Assembly: GCF_902713615.1 (NCBI RefSeq)
Contig: NC_052149.1
Coordinates: 126,979,256 to 127,043,255 of the forward strand
Length of the DNA stretch: 64,000 bases
Origin: Scyliorhinus canicula
Lineage: Eukaryota
Reading direction: 5' to 3'
Shown here: piece after piece, positions 49,501 through 63,691 of the stretch
Numbering within the stretch: position 1 is the stretch's first letter
Layout of the letters: every line of letters begins with the position of its first letter
Made by a program: the position numbers and the translations under genes
Notes under the pieces: generated by a model
What the model was told of the DNA's origin: nothing
The model's input: only the letters and a program-made list of their open reading frames with translations
Database searches by the model: none

Positions 49501-51128
49501 TGGAGGATCGAACTCTCCACCTATAGTTATGATATTAAATATTGACCGGGGAAGCTCAACGAGCCCTCGGATGCCCTATCCCGCGGGACATGCGCCAGCA
49601 CGCAGATCAGCCGTCTGAAAGCCATCCACGTGGACCTCTGCCATCCAGGGGTCACCCGGCTCGCCCACTACATCAGAGCCCGAAACCTGCCTTTCTCCAA
49701 CGAGGAGGTAAAAGCGATCACCAGGGACTGCCTGATCTGTGCAGAGTGCAAACCGCACTTCTATAGACCAGACAGGGCCCACCTGTTAAGGCTTCTAGGC
49801 CCTTTGAACGCCTTGCGATCGATTTCAAAGGGCCACTCCCCTCCACTATCAAAAACATTTATTTCCTCAACATCATCGATGAGTTCTCCCGATTCCCTTT
49901 TGCCATCCCATGCCCCGACATGACCTCCCACACAGTCATTAGGGCCCTGCATTGTGTCTTCACCCTGTTCGGTTTACCCAGCTACGTGCACAGCGACCGG
50001 GGTTCGTCCTTTATGAGCGACGAGCTGTGTCAGTACCTGCTCGACAAGGGCATCGCCTCGAGCAGGACTACCAGCTACAACCCCAGGGGGAACGGGCAGG
50101 TGGAGAGGGAGAACGCGACGGTCTGGAAGACCGTCCTACTGACCCTCCAGTCTAGAAAACTCCAAGTCTCCCAATGGCAAGATGTCCTTCCAGACGCGCT
50201 CCACGCAATCAGATCCCTCCTCTGTACAGCTACAAATCAAACCCCTCACGAGCGTCTCTTCATTTTTTCTAGGGGCACTACCATGGGAGTCTCACTTCCG
50301 GCGTGGCTGAGGACACCAGGCCCGGTCCTCCTGAGGAAGCACGTCATGGGGCACAAAACTGACCCCCTTGTTGAAAAGGTGCGCCTCCTCCATTCCAACC
50401 CACAGTACGCATTCGTGGAGTTCCCGGACGGTCGCCAGGACACAGTATCCCTTTGGGACCTGGCACCCGCAGGATCCAGCCCCCCCCCCCCCCCCACCCC
50501 CACTGAGGAACCCCTTACCCCGTTCCCTATGCGGCCACCCCCTCGTGCCCCCAATTCCGCAAGCTCGCCCTACCGGTTCCACGCGCCAGCACCAGCCCGC
50601 CCCCAGCACCCCCAGTCTCCGGTCGAGCCAGAGGTGTATGATGTTTGGACGAGACCCGCCCCGGAGTCTGCCATCGTACCCCAGCTCTCAACACTCACCC
50701 AGCCACCGCAAGAGGCTGCAACCCCGGTGCTCCACAGATCGAAACAAACAATTCGTCCATCAGACAGACTAACTCTGTGAGCCACCACCCCTGCCGGACT
50801 CGATATTTTTCACAGGGGGTGAATTTGGTGAATGAGAATTCACACGGTATTATAATCCGTATATATGCATCAATATTGTAAGTGCAGTTGCACTACCTGA
50901 CCACCAGGGGGAGTAGCTCTGGGAGTAATCAAGAGTTTGTACTGGGCTCCTCCCTTGGCTCCGCCCTAACTCCTCCCCCTGGAGCTGCTGTATAAAGATC
51001 CGTGCCACAGGGTCAGCCAGCCAGTTCACCGAAATTTCAACGGCTAACAGGCTGGCTCTGTTGTAAGTATATTAAAACCTCTATTCTAATCCTACAAGCA
51101 CGTGTCCGTAGAATTGTTGGTTCCAACA
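46517..51128 (+). mobile_element. Full-length Ty3/Gypsy LTR retrotransposon (gag, PR-RT-RH-IN), frameshifted
   Basis: 305-bp LTRs 46517-46821 and 50824-51128; 5-bp TSD CCAGG; gag 46856; PR LFDSGST; RT DLKSAYHQ / YLDNV; RH; IN HSDRG / PRGNGQVER; PPT CAGGGGGTGAA. Confidence 0.96.
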
Positions 51129-52216
51129 CCAGGTATGGCTCCAACCAGGAGAGACTTTTCCCACTGATTCCCATTGAGTCCAGTTTTGCTTGGGTTCCTT
51201 GATGCCAAACTTGGTCAAGGACAGTCACTCTCACCTCACCTCGAGAGTTTAGCACCTTTGTCTATGTTTGAACCAAGGCTGGAATGAGTTCAGGAGCTGA
51301 GTGACCCTCGTGAAACCCAAACTGATTGTCAGTGAGCAGATTATTGCTAAGAGCCGCTGATAACACTGTTGATGACACATTCCATCACTTTCCTAATGAC
51401 TGAGAGCAGAATGACTGGGTGATAATTAGCTGGGTTGTATTTGTCCTGTTTCCTGTGCACTGGACACACCTGGGCAACTTTCCACATTGTCGGGTAGATG
51501 CCAGTGTTGTAGCTGTACTGGAACAGCTTGGCTAGGCGTGAAGCACGTTCTGGGGCACACGTCTTCAGTACTATTGCTGGGATGTTGTCAGGACCCATAG
51601 GCTTTGCAGTATCCAGTTCCTTCAGCTGTTTCTTCATATCACGTGGAGTGAATCAAACTGGCTGAAGGCTGATATCGGTGATGCTGAAGACCTCCGGAGG
51701 AGACCCAGATGGATCATCCACTCAGCGTTTCTGGTTGAAGATTTTTATGAGTGCTTGAGCCTTATCGTTTGCACTTATGTGTTGGGCTCCCCCATCATTG
51801 AGGATGGGGATCTTTGTGGAGCCTCCTACCCCAGTGAGTTGTTTAATTGTCCACCACCATTCATGGCTGGATGTGGAAGGACTGCAGAGCTTAGATCTGA
51901 CCTGTTGGTTATGGATCTATTGCTGAGCTCTGTCTAATACTTGTTGCTTATGCTGTTTGGCAGGCAGGTAATCCTGTGCTGTAGGTTTAGGATGTTGACA
52001 CCTCATTTTTCGGTATGCCTGTTGTTATTCCTGGCATGCACTCCTGCACTCTTCCTTAAACCAGGGTTGATCCCCTGGGTTGGTGGGAATGGTAGAGTGG
52101 GGGATATGCAGTCACGAGGTTGCAGTTTGTGGTTGAGTCCAATTCTGCTGCTGATGATGACCCACAGCACCTCATGGATGCCCAGTCTTGAGTTTCTGGA
52201 TCTGTTTAAAGTCTAT

Positions 52217-52930
52217 GGGCGTGATTCTACGCAAATGCGGAGAGTCATGTAGGCTGCCGTGAAACTGGCCGTGTTTCACAGCAGCTTCGGCGCCCCTTCC
52301 CGGGACCCAATTCTGCTCCCCGGTCGGGGCTAGCAGCGGGGCCCCGTGAACCTCGGCATCGCAGGCTTAGCGAACTTCGCTAAGCCCGCGCGCCAAGGTT
52401 AACGGCGGCTGATGCAAACGATGACATCAGCCGCACATGCGCGGATTGGACGGCTCCAATCCGCACATGCGCTGATGACGTCATCACACATATGCGTGAA
52501 ACCCGCGCATGCGCGGGCCGTTATGCCCCTCAGCCGCCCCGCGGACTGATCCAGTCGGAGGAACAAAGAGTGCGCGGGTTTCGGACCCGCTGCCCGCGAT
52601 CGGTGCCCACCGATAGCGGGCCCATGCCACCCTTGGCACGGCCGTGGTGCAGCCGTGCCAATCGGTGGCATGGTTCTCCAGAACGGCACTTTGCGGCCGT
52701 TTTCACGAACTGTGATAGCAGGTGTGTTGGAGTTCGTGAAAACGGCTTTAAAGGCCTGGGAAATCGGCCCATCGGCTAGGGAGAATCGCTGCTCGCCGTA
52801 AAAAATGGCAAGCAGCGATTCGTGTCGTGGGGTGGCCGTGGGGGGGGAGAATAGCGGGAGGTCGGGAAAAATGTCGGGAAGGCCCTCCCGCTATTCTCCG
52901 ACCCGTCGTGGGGGGCGGAGAATCGCACCC
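52217..52930. mobile_element. Harbinger-type MITE (714 bp)
   Basis: GGGCGTGATTCT...AGAATCGCACCC TIRs with long subterminal symmetry; interrupts the LINE. Confidence 0.75.
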
Positions 52931-53829
52931 ATCTCATTTAACATGGTGAAAGTGTCACAGAACATGATGGAGGATATCCTCAATGTGAAGGTGGGACTTT
53001 ATCCCCACAAGGACTGTGCGGTGCTCACTCCTATTGATGCTGTCACGGACAGATGTATCTGTGGCAGGCAGGTTGGTGAGGATGAGGTAAAGAATGATTT
53101 TCCCTCTTGTTGGTTCCCTCACCACCTGCTGCAGTCCCAGTCTAGCAGCTATGTCCTTTATGACTCCGGCCAGCTCGGTCTGTGGTGGTACTACTGAGCC
53201 ACTCTTGGCGATGGACATTGAAATCCCTCATCCAGAGTATATTCTGTGCCCTTGCCACCCTCAGTGCTTCCTCCATGTGGTGTTCAACATGGAGGAGTAA
53301 TGATTCATCAGTTAAGGGTTAAGCAGCCATCTTGCCGCTCACCCCACTGACCACCCACCCTGACCCCTGGTCCTGCAGAGTGACACAGGCTGTATGGCCT
53401 CATTCTACCTCGTACCCTCCAATCCCACCACCCCCACACCCCACCCTCCACCAGACCCTTTATCCAACCAGCCGGCACCCACCGGCCGGACTTCACGCGG
53501 ATCACACAAGGGCAATGCCCACAGTAGTCCCTGCAGGGGGCGCCGGACAGGGGCCGTGGAGCACACCACTAGCAAGGGCAGCACCAGCCTATGGTACCCT
53601 GACAGCAAGGAAGGGCCAGATGCCCCGACGGTGCCTGAACTGTCGAGGCCAGCGGTGCGGAGCGGGGTGGGGGGGTGACATGCGGGGGCAGGGTCCGCAG
53701 TGGTAACTGGGCCACCGTGTATCCCATTGGACCTGGTTGGGCATGGGGGTATGCACCATGCTAACATCATGCCCATCTATCCCTACCCCCCTGCAGACAA
53801 TGGATATTTGAATATAACCAGCAAAGGTG

Positions 53830-54672
53830 GCCTTCCTCCTCATTACTGCAGTCCTGGTCCACAACAGACACCAACTCCCTGGCCCTACGTTTATCTCTGG
53901 AGCATCTCAACAGCAAGGAATCTTCCATCAGACTCTTATTCATTGACTACAGTTCTGCCTTCAACACCATAATCCCAACCAAGCTCATATCAAAACTCCA
54001 AAATCTGGGACTAGGCTCCTCACTCTGCAACTGGATCCTCAACTTTCTGATCCATAGACCACAATCAATAAGGATAAACAACAACACCTTCTCTATGATT
54101 GTCCTCAATACCTGGGCCCTCTAAAGCTGTGTACCTAGCCCCCTACTGTATTTCCTATACACACACGACTGCGTGGCAAAGTTTGGCTCCAACTCCATGT
54201 CCAAGTTTGCTGGTGACACAACCATAGTGGGTCGGATCTTAAAGAACGATGAGTCAGAGTACAGGAGGGAGATACAGAACCTTGTGGAGTGGTGCAATGA
54301 CAGCAATCTCTCCCTCAATGTCAGCGAAACTGAAGAGTTGGTCATTGACTTCAGGAAGCGCAGTACCGTACACACCCCTTTCTGTATCAATGGTGTAGAG
54401 GTGGAGATGGTGCCGAGATGGTTAACAGTTTCAAATTCCTAGGTGTGCACATCACCAACAATCTGTCCTGGTCCACCAATGTCGACGCTATGACCAAGAA
54501 AGCACAACAGTGCCTATACCTCCTCAGGAAACAAAGGAAATTTGGCATATCCACATTAACTCTTCCTAATTTTTACAGAGGCACCATAGTAAGCATCCTA
54601 TCTGGCAGCATCACAGCCTGGTGTGGCAACTGCTCGGCCCAACACCGTAAGAATCTACAGAGTTGTGAACAC
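53830..54672 (+). mobile_element. Rex1/Babar-like LINE RT fragment
   Basis: [51 protein letters not shown]. Confidence 0.7.
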
Positions 54673-55050
54673 AGGGTTTGCTCCTGGGTGATAGGGGTTA
54701 TCCACTGCGGCTGTGGCTGATGACGTGGAGACCCTCTACAACAACGCCCATGTAGAGACTAGGGGTGTGACCGAGCGGTGCTTCGGCCTCCTGAAGATGT
54801 GGTTCAGGTGCCTGGACCACTCCGGAGGGGCCCATCAGTTTGGTTCCGAGAGGGTGGCCCGCATTATGGTGGCCGGCTGTACCCTCCACAACATCACGCA
54901 GCAGAGGGGCAATGTGCTGGCAGAAGAGGGTGAACACCCGGCCTCCTCTGATGAGGAGGATGGAGGGAGGGCGAGACAGGCAGGGCATAGGGCCCGGGTA
55001 GGCACGGGAGGCCATACAATGTGTGCACAAGGGCCAATGTACACGGGACG
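54673..55050 (+). pseudogene. PIF/Harbinger DDE transposase C-terminal remnant (HARBI1-like family)
   Basis: LLGDRGYPLRLWLMT, then YNNAHVETRGVTERCFGLLKMWFRCLD...CTLHN; frameshifted and upstream part replaced by the Rex1-like insert. Confidence 0.85.
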
Positions 55051-57991
55051 CTCTGATCACCTCCAGATTCACCGACTGACGGTGTCTGACCAAGGGCACA
55101 GACACCACAATGCCCCCCACACACCCCGCCCCGCCTCCTGGCCACTTGCCCGCCCACAACCTCCTCTATGATACATTCCTGCCACACTACGGGATGCAGA
55201 CCCTGGTTGGCAGTAACAGCGGGTCTGGTCTATGGGACGGAGGATGATGACAGCCCACTCAGCAATGAGCTCTGGTGCTCCGCATCGTTTGACAATGTCT
55301 GACTCCTGCCACAATAGCACTTTCCACCTGGGTGATCCCTGCCTGCGATCTGGACAATCCATCACACAGTCCCATCAAATCATTGATGTGGCGGAGGTTG
55401 GGACGGTGGTAGTTGTGGGTGGCGGGGGAATGGGACACCGGAGCGGTGAGCGCTTTCTGAACTGTGGCCTTTCAGCCAAGCCAACCCCCAACAACCGTCC
55501 ATTTCCCCTACCCCACGCACCCTATCTGGCCAGCCCAGACCCTAACCAGCCCACCCCTCACACCCATCCGACAGAGCACCAAGGCAGGTTGTAACAGTGT
55601 GAACAGCTGTTTAATGTGACAACAAATATACAGATTGGGCCCTAGCCCCCGTCACTAAACTGTGTCCTGCACCCATGCCAACATAAGGGCAGCACGGTAA
55701 CATAGTGGTTAGCACAATGGCTTCACAGCGCCAGGGTCCCAGGTTCGATTCCCGGCTTGGGTCGCTGTCTGTGCGGTGTCTGCACTTTCTCCCCTTGTCT
55801 GCATGGGTTTCCTCCGGGTGCTCCGGTTTCCTCCCGCAGTCCAAAGATGTGCCGGTTAGGTGGATTGGCCATGATAAATTGCCCTTAGTGTCCAAAACTG
55901 CCCTTAGTGTTGGGCGGGGTTACTGGGTTATGGGGATAGGGTGGAGGTGTTGTACTTGGGTAGGGTGCTCTTTCAAAGAGCCGGTGCAGACTGGATGGGC
56001 TGAATGGCCTCCTTCTGCACTGTAAATTCTATGATAATCTATGGACGCTACCTCTAGGTGGATCCTCAGATTGTAGATCAGGAGTGGAGGCAGCCTGCTG
56101 TGATTCCTATTCTGTGACCTGGGTCCCCTTTGCTGGCATCGTCTGGGGCAAATGGGTCTGGATGGACCCGGCTGCTGTTCGACTGTCCCAGGTAGTGTGG
56201 TGCCGCCCTGTTCTGCCCACTGTGACTGCACTGTCCAGCAGTGTCTGGCACATTGCTGCCTGTGAGGGGGCAGCCTTGTACTGGGCCTAGGCCAGCGGCC
56301 GCAGAGTGTGTCCCAAGACTTGGACACCAGATAGTGTCCCAGGAGCTTCTTCACGAAGGTGCCCCGCTGAGGTGAGTGTCTCTGGGATGGTGGAGAGTGT
56401 TGGAGACAGCTTAGCAGTGCTAGCCTGGCACACTGGCAGTGCCACCTGGTCACCCTGGCAATGCCACACTGGCCCTGCCAAGATGTCCATGAAGCACTAC
56501 CAGTATGGCATGAGCACTGCCAGGGTGTCAGGCTGGCACTGCCATGCTGCCCGGGTAGCAGGTTGTCCGAGCCTGGGATCAGGCCCCGAGCATTCCCTGC
56601 CTTTACCGGGTGGATGGGGGTGGGTCGAGAACCCCCAATCGGTAATTTGGGGAATCCGGAGGCCACGGTGGGAGTTGAGGGATGGGGGCAGCATTGAAAG
56701 ATCACCCCCTGATCTCTCCCTGCACTGACGGGCTCAGCTCGCAGGAAGTGGATGTCAGTGCAGCCTCGGAGGCTCCTTCCTCACCAAGGCCCAAATATCC
56801 CAGAATCCCGGTTAATAACGGGATCATATTCAGCAATGCAGGGTCTGGGAAACACCCCACTAAACACTCCCAAAACAGGAGCCTGTTCATTCCCAGTTAC
56901 ATTGCTCCCTGAGTAAATCAGTCGCTGCAGAAATGTTGTGGTGATCGGAGGGCCAGAGACAGATAGTTGGGGTTTTGAAGGTGCCGTTGGAAGTGAATTG
57001 GGGAATAGGTTTTTCCAGGGATGGATACAGAAAGGGGTAGGGTTGGGGTGTGAAAGGGGGATGTGGTTGGGGAGTGATACAAGGAAGTGATCAGAGATGG
57101 TCTTATCTGTGATTGAAATACTGGGAGTAGTGAGACCTCGTGAGGAGGTAAGGTCATATACAATTCATAGACTTCATAGAATTCATAGAATTTACAGTGC
57201 AGAAGGAGGCCATTCAGCCCATCGAGTCCACACCGGCCCTTGGAAAGAGCACCCCACCCAAGCTCATGCCTCTACCCTATCCTCGTAACCCAGTAACCCC
57301 ACCTAAACTTTTTGGACACTGAGGGCAATTTAGCATGGCCAATCCACCTAACCTGCACATCTTTGGACTGTGGGGGAAACCGGAGCACCCAAAGAAAACC
57401 CACACAGACACAGGGAGAATATGGGAGAAGGGGGAGGTGGGGAATATGGGTTGGAGAATTGTGATTGTGATGATTTGATCCCAGCAACTTTCAGTCTCTT
57501 TTCTGATTTGAATCTTGTAAACTCAGAGATTCCAGATTGTTATAACATGCCTGCTTACCACTGGCTGGGGACTAATGGCAATCCCACAATCCTTTGGGAG
57601 TACGAGATTCCCCAATGAGGGGGTTGGGGCAGAAATCATAAACAGATTCGCTGCATAAATAAAGCTGGCCAGTTTGGAACCAGCTAGAGAGGAGTGAGCA
57701 GCAAGGGAGTTGCTGCTGCTGTTGTCTAAATATGTTATTGTAAATAAATGTTATTTCTTTCTATCCTTCAACTCGTGCTGGATTCTTTGTGACCCTCACA
57801 AAACAAATAAAACTGATCATTTAAAAATGATTGATAATTGTCTTTGAATCCAATCTTCTGCTGATGTGTCATTGATTGACAGGCCAACCAGCCAATCATG
57901 ATAATCATTTGCTGAAATGCAGCCAATCAGCTGATAGGGAGGAGGGACATTTCCAAAGCACACACGAGACACATACTGAATATTCTTAATG

Positions 57992-57997
57992 TTTATT
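57992..57997 (-). terminator. Polyadenylation signal AATAAA for C exon 2
   Basis: Paralogous to 10529-10534. Confidence 0.65.
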
Positions 57998-58516
57998 ACC
58001 TTTTTCAGATTTACATTGTCAGAAGAAAGACTTGAATAAACAGCCCAGCCAGAGAAAGCTGGAGAAATTCACAGGGTGAATGGAGGTTTATTAAAACACT
58101 TGTGGAGATTTTCTCAACAACAGGAGAGTCCTGTCCCTTTAAACAGTGACTAAACCTTAAATTGTAACTGCAGGGTGAGCAGGAAGGAGGTCTGGTTTCC
58201 TGAAGCAGAGATTTCAGAAGGTCACATTATTTTTGTACAGCTGACAGTCTTCAGCATCTTAGAGAGGTTTTACTTGGCATCACGAGTCTGCACTGTCCCA
58301 TCAAACATTCCCAGAACAGATGCTGCATGGGATTACATGCAGAGTAAATATCCCTCTGCACTGTCCCAAAAACATGACTTAACCCCTGACCCTCAGAAGT
58401 GTCTCAGACCCAGTCCCGAGAAGGTTGTAATTCAGTGCTGACAATGACCTTTGCCCTCCCAGCTCACCCCTGTTCTATTTAAAGTTGTGTCTGCTCTGTG
58501 GACTGTCTCTCACACT

Positions 58517-58845
58517 CTACGCACATTCTGATCTCCTGATGCTCTTGCTGAGGGCAGAGGAGAGGCTCACGTGGGTGAGGGCACAGGAGAAGCTGGCGTT
58601 GGACTCCCAGGCAGAGCCAGAGAGGGTCAGCAGGCTGCTGACACTGTAGGTGTTGTCCGAAGCTCGCAGGTAGTTGCTGGTCTGAACCCCGTCCGAAATG
58701 GCTGCACCATCCTTCTTCCACTCCACCACCAGCTCATCGGGATAGAAGTGATTGGCAAGGCACACCAGGGTGGCAGTGCCCTTGGTCTTGACCTCCTCCG
58801 GGGAGGGGGGCAGCAGGGTCAGTGTGGGTTGTGAATTCTCACGGC
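58517..58845 (-). CDS. IGKC: Ig kappa-type constant exon, cluster 2
   Basis: 329 nt, same acceptor and frame as C1; differs PPSPEE, NASFSC, SECA*. Confidence 0.96.
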
Positions 58846-60265
58846 CTGAAAGAGAAAGTAAGGAATTTGAATCACTGCCATTCTAAACGATTTCAACTTC
58901 CCGAATATTAACTGAAATCAAGACATGTGTCAATATACAGATGATCTGGAATTCTGACAATCCATTCTGAGCAACCTTTCGAACCAGTAGGGAACAATCC
59001 CAACAAGAGAAGGAGCAGTTTTGGACAGTTTTGTGGATTGAATCTGGGCAGGCGAAGGGGTATCAGTGGGAGTGTATTTGGGTAATAGTGATCATAATTC
59101 AGTTTGATTTAGAGTAGTTCAGGAAAAGAGTAAAGATAGACCAAGAGGAAAAGTTTTAAATTGGGGAAAGGTCAATTTTACGAAACTGGGATTTGCCAAA
59201 ATGGACAGGAAACAGCGACTTGATGGTAAAACAGTGTCAGAGCTGTGGGGGGGATATTCAAGCTGGAGATAGAGAGAGTTCAGAACAAATATGTTCACAC
59301 AAAGCAATAGTGAGGGACATTGTGAGATGATAACTAATGAATGAGTGGGACCAATTAGAGAACAAAATGTAACTTGTGTGTGGAGGTAGAAGGCGTGGAG
59401 ATGGTTCTTAATGAATAATTTACATCAGTTTTCACTAATGAGAGGGACAAAGCAGACATTGTAGTTCAGGAGGAGGAGAATTGTGAAATATTGGATGTGA
59501 TAAAAATCATGAGAGAGGAGATATTAACGTGTTTATCAGCTTTGAAAGGGGTGATACCCCCAGGCCCGGGTGAAATGTATCCCAGGCTGCTAAGGGAAGG
59601 AAGGGAAGAAATAGCCGAGGATCTGACCATTATTTTCCAATCCTCTCTGACTACAGGCTTGGTGTCGGAGGACTGGTGGATGATAATGTTGTACCATTGT
59701 TTAAAAAGGGAGGAAGAGATAGGCTGAGGGAGCGATTTTGAAATTGATGAGGAGGGAACGAGGAGGGTTGATGACAGGAGTGAGTTTGATGTCGACAACA
59801 TGCATTTTCCAAGGATTTTGCCAAGTTTCCAATGACAGACGGGTTTGGAAATTAAAAGCTGATGGAATCCAAGGGAAAGTGACAAATTGGATTTCAAATT
59901 GGTTCAGTGTCAGGAGGTAAAGGTTTGATGTTAAGCTGATTAAATCATTTTGGAATGTTACTTAGACATTTGTAAAGAAGTTCACTACAAATTCAGCACT
60001 GAAATGGTTAATAGTGAGAGTATTTAAAGATGCAGTGTCCCATTTAAGAGTTATTAGGAAGCTCGAACTATTGATCAGTATTTCTGGGGGAACAGGTTGA
60101 ACATTAACAAACCTCAAATCACACACAGAACCGGAGAAATTTATCCCATAAATTTGGAGCAGACGTGGATCAACAGACTTCACAAAGGATACTGATTGGC
60201 TGCCAGTGTAGAATGTTCTAGATTTCACTTCAAACCTTGCTGCCCAGCCCTGGGCTCAGGTCAAG

Positions 60266-60618
60266 AGCAGCACGGTAGCATGGTGGTTAGCATAAATGCT
60301 TCACAGCTCCAGGGTCCCAGGTTCGGTTCCCGGCTAGGTCACTGTCTGTGCGGAGTCTACACGTCCTCCCCGTGTGTGCGTGGGTTTCCTCCGGGTGCTC
60401 CGGTTTCCTCCCACAGTCCAAAGATGTGCGGGTTAGGTGGATTGGCCATGCTAAATTGCCCGTAGTGTCCTGAAAAGTAAGGTTAAGGGGGGGGGGGGGT
60501 TGTTGGGTTACGGGTATAGGGTGGATACATGGGTTTGAGTAGGGTGATCATTGCTCGGCACAACATCGAGGGCCGAAGGGCCTGTTCTGTGCTGTACTGT
60601 TCTATGTTCTATGTTCTA
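60266..60618 (+). mobile_element. V-SINE-type SINE specific to copy 2 intron
   Basis: Copy 1 is uninterrupted at about 12786-12797 (CAAGAGTGAGATTACG). Confidence 0.9.
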
Positions 60619-61754
60619 TTACGATTAGCCTCTGTGTCCAGGGGTCAGAATAATCTATCCTTGCTCCTGTGCGGGAACGTCCGGTTCAAAGCTGCGTGAT
60701 TATTGGCTGCGTGCCATTCACTGGCGGCAGGATTATATCTGTCCGTCGATTGTCAATGGGATTTACCACAGCAACCACCCGATGCCACTGTGAAACCCGC
60801 TGGCAGTGATGTGCTGCTGGCGGGAAAATTGAATAGCAACACTGGAGAAATCCACCCCCTATTTTTGGTGGTCTTGTGTCCAGGTCACACCCCCCAGACA
60901 AGCTGCCCCAGTTTAGATACATAACTGGCATCGACCAGTTACCCAGGTGTGTCCTGTCAACAAAAAGCTGGACAAATCCAATCCGGACAATTACTGTCGA
61001 TCAGTCATCTCGCGATCATCAGCAAAATGATGGGTGTTGTTAACGACAGTGTTATCAAGTAGCACTTACTCAGCAATAACCTGCTCACTGACGCTCAGTT
61101 AAGGATCTGCCAGGGTCACTCAGCTCCTGACCTCATTACAGCCTTGGTTCAAACATGGACAAAAGAGCTGAACTCCAGAGGTGAGGCCAGAGTAACGGCC
61201 GTTTGACATCGAGGCAGCATTTGACCAAGTTTGGTATCAAGGAGCCCGAGCAAAACTGGAGTCAATGGGAATCAGGGGAAAACTCTCTGCTGGTTGGAGT
61301 CATACCCAGCACAAAGGAAGATGGCTGTTGTTTGTGGGTTTAACTCTCCAATCTATATTAATGAGCTGGATGAAGGCAATGAGAGTATTGTAGCTAAATT
61401 TGCTGATGATAAAATGATAGGTAGGAAAGCAAGTTGTGAGGAGGATACAGAGTCTGAAAAGGGATATTGATAGGTTCAGTGAGTGGGGAGAACATTTGAC
61501 AGATGGAGTATAATGTGGGGAAATGTGAGCTTGTCCACTTTGTGAGGAAGAATAGAAAAGCAGAATATTATTGACATGGAGAGAGACTGCAGAAAGCTGT
61601 GGTACAGAGGGATCTGGGTGTCCTTGTGTATGAATCACAGAACGTTAACCTGCAGGTACAGCAAGTGATGAGGAAGGTCAATGGAATGTTGCCCTTTATT
61701 ACACGGGGGATGGAGTATAAAAGTAGGGAAGTCTTGCTCCATCGATACAGCACA

Positions 61755-61930
61755 TTTACGGGCACAGGGCTAAATCGCTGGCTTAGAAAGCAGACCAAGG
61801 CAGGCCAGCAGCGCAGTTCAATTCCCGTATGAGCTTCCCCGAACAGGTGCTGGAATGTGGCGACTAGGGGCTTTTCACAGTAACTTCATTGAAGCCTTCT
61901 TGTGACAATAAGCGATTTTCATTTTATTTC
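61755..61930 (+). mobile_element. Short SINE (second family) specific to copy 2, TSD CACATT
   Basis: Same family as 7372-7553 (GAATGTGGCGACTAGGGGCTTTTCACAG...TTTCAT tail); absent at 13928-13935. Confidence 0.8.
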
Positions 61931-63656
61931 ACATTGGTGAGACTACACCGTGAGTACTGGGTAGTTTTGGTCTCATGGAATCATAGAATTTACAGTACAG
62001 AAGGAGGCCATTTGGCCCATCGAGTGGAAAGAGCACCCTACATTTTCTTTTTTTATTAAATAAATTTATAATACCCAATTAATTTTTTCCAATTAAGGGG
62101 CAATTTGGTGTGGGCAATCAACCTACCCTGCACATTTTTGGGTTGTGGGGGCGGAACACACGCAAACACAGGGAGAATGTGCAACCTCCACACGGACAGT
62201 GACCCAGAGCCGGGATCGAACCTGGGACCTAGGTACCGTGAGGCAGCAGTGCTAACCACTGCGCCACCGTGCAGCCCTCGAGAAAGTACCCTACTTAGGA
62301 CCATACCTGCACCCTATCCCCGTAACCTAGCAACCCCACCCAACCCTAAGGGCAATTTAGCATGGCCAATCCACCTAACCTGCATATCTTTGGAAGTCCT
62401 TACTTAAGGACGGATGTTCCGACATTGGAAGCAGTTCAGAGAAGGTTCACTGGGCTGATTCCACTGAGGAATGGAATGTCTGATGAGGAAAGGTTGAGCT
62501 GGTTGTGTCTGTACTCATTGCAGAATGAGAGGTGATCTTATTGAAACATATAAGATTCCGAGGGAGCTTGACAGGGTGGATGCTGAGAGAATGTTTCCCC
62601 TCGTGGGGAATCTAGAATTAGTGGACGCAGTTTAAAAATAAAGAATCCCCATTAAAGGCGGAGATGAGGAAGAATTTCTTCTCTCAGAGGGTCGTTAGTT
62701 TTTGGAATTCTCGTTCCCAGAGAGCAGTGCATGCTGGGACATTGAATATATTCCAGGCTGAGTTAGACAGATTTTTGATTGACGGGGGTCAAGGGTTATG
62801 GGGACCGGCAGGAAAGTGGAGATTGTGCCATTTTTAAAAGTTAATTTATGGGATGTGTGGGTCTGAAGTGGGAACCTTCCAGCCTGACCTTGTCCAGCCT
62901 ACAAGTGACTCCAGATCCTCAGTAATGTGTTGACTCTGAAATACCCTCTGGAATGGCCGAGCAAGTCACTCAGTTCAAGGGCAATTAGGGATGGGCAATA
63001 AATACTGGCCCAGCCAGAGATCACACATCACATCAAACAATAAAAATATCTCCAGGGATTTTCAGGAATATTGGATCAGGAATAAATATCAGACTGAACT
63101 CGACCCAAAGAGAAAGTAACTGAGAGTCTCCCCAAAAGCCTGGAACACTGAAGCCACTGGATTGTGAGCCCTGCTGGACCTGTTTGTCATCAGAACTTTG
63201 CTAAGAGATAAGCAGGGAGTGGAGAGAGCAGAGTTAAAGCTGGGGGAAGTGGGACCTCGGTGTCTCACTGTGCTGCTGCTGCTGCTGTGATCAGTTATAT
63301 CAGAGAGTGTGACAGGGAGCCAGAGCTCACATCAAACTCTGCCCGTGTCTGTCACACGCAGACTGACAGGAGTCTAGTGAGTGATTTCACTCCATGGTCC
63401 AGGAATGTGAACACAGTCTGCAAACGTCCAGATCTCCTCCACACGGTGGGTAAAAGCTGCTTACTTATATCTTGCTGCTTAAAGGGGGGAATGGAACTAA
63501 AGAAATACAGCTGGGCACCCTGTTCTACACAGTGTTCTTCAATGAACCATTTCATTCACTGCAGCTCCCCACTAACACCTTCAACTATTCAGCATTTGTG
63601 TTTGAGAAAGTTTCAGTATTGAAAGGGTTAATAACGGAGGATTGGGGTTTACTTAC

Positions 63657-63691
63657 TCAGTCTGAGCTTGGTTCCTTTACCGAACGTAAGC
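63657..63691 (-). CDS. IGKJ: Ig light chain J segment, cluster 2 (LTFGKGTKLRL)
   Basis: Identical to J1; GTAAGT donor 63651-63656. Confidence 0.96.

Larger units (their letters stand above)
45886..53300 (-). mobile_element. CR1/L2-superfamily LINE split by a Gypsy and a MITE
   Basis: QVRSVMEYSPLAW, KPMGPDNIPAIVLK, DSINRSEHRTV; same family as 18690-20765. Confidence 0.75.

Noticed and set aside
54673-55171. Domesticated HARBI1 gene
   Set aside because: Frameshifted, truncated by a LINE insert and embedded in repeat copies; a dead transposon.
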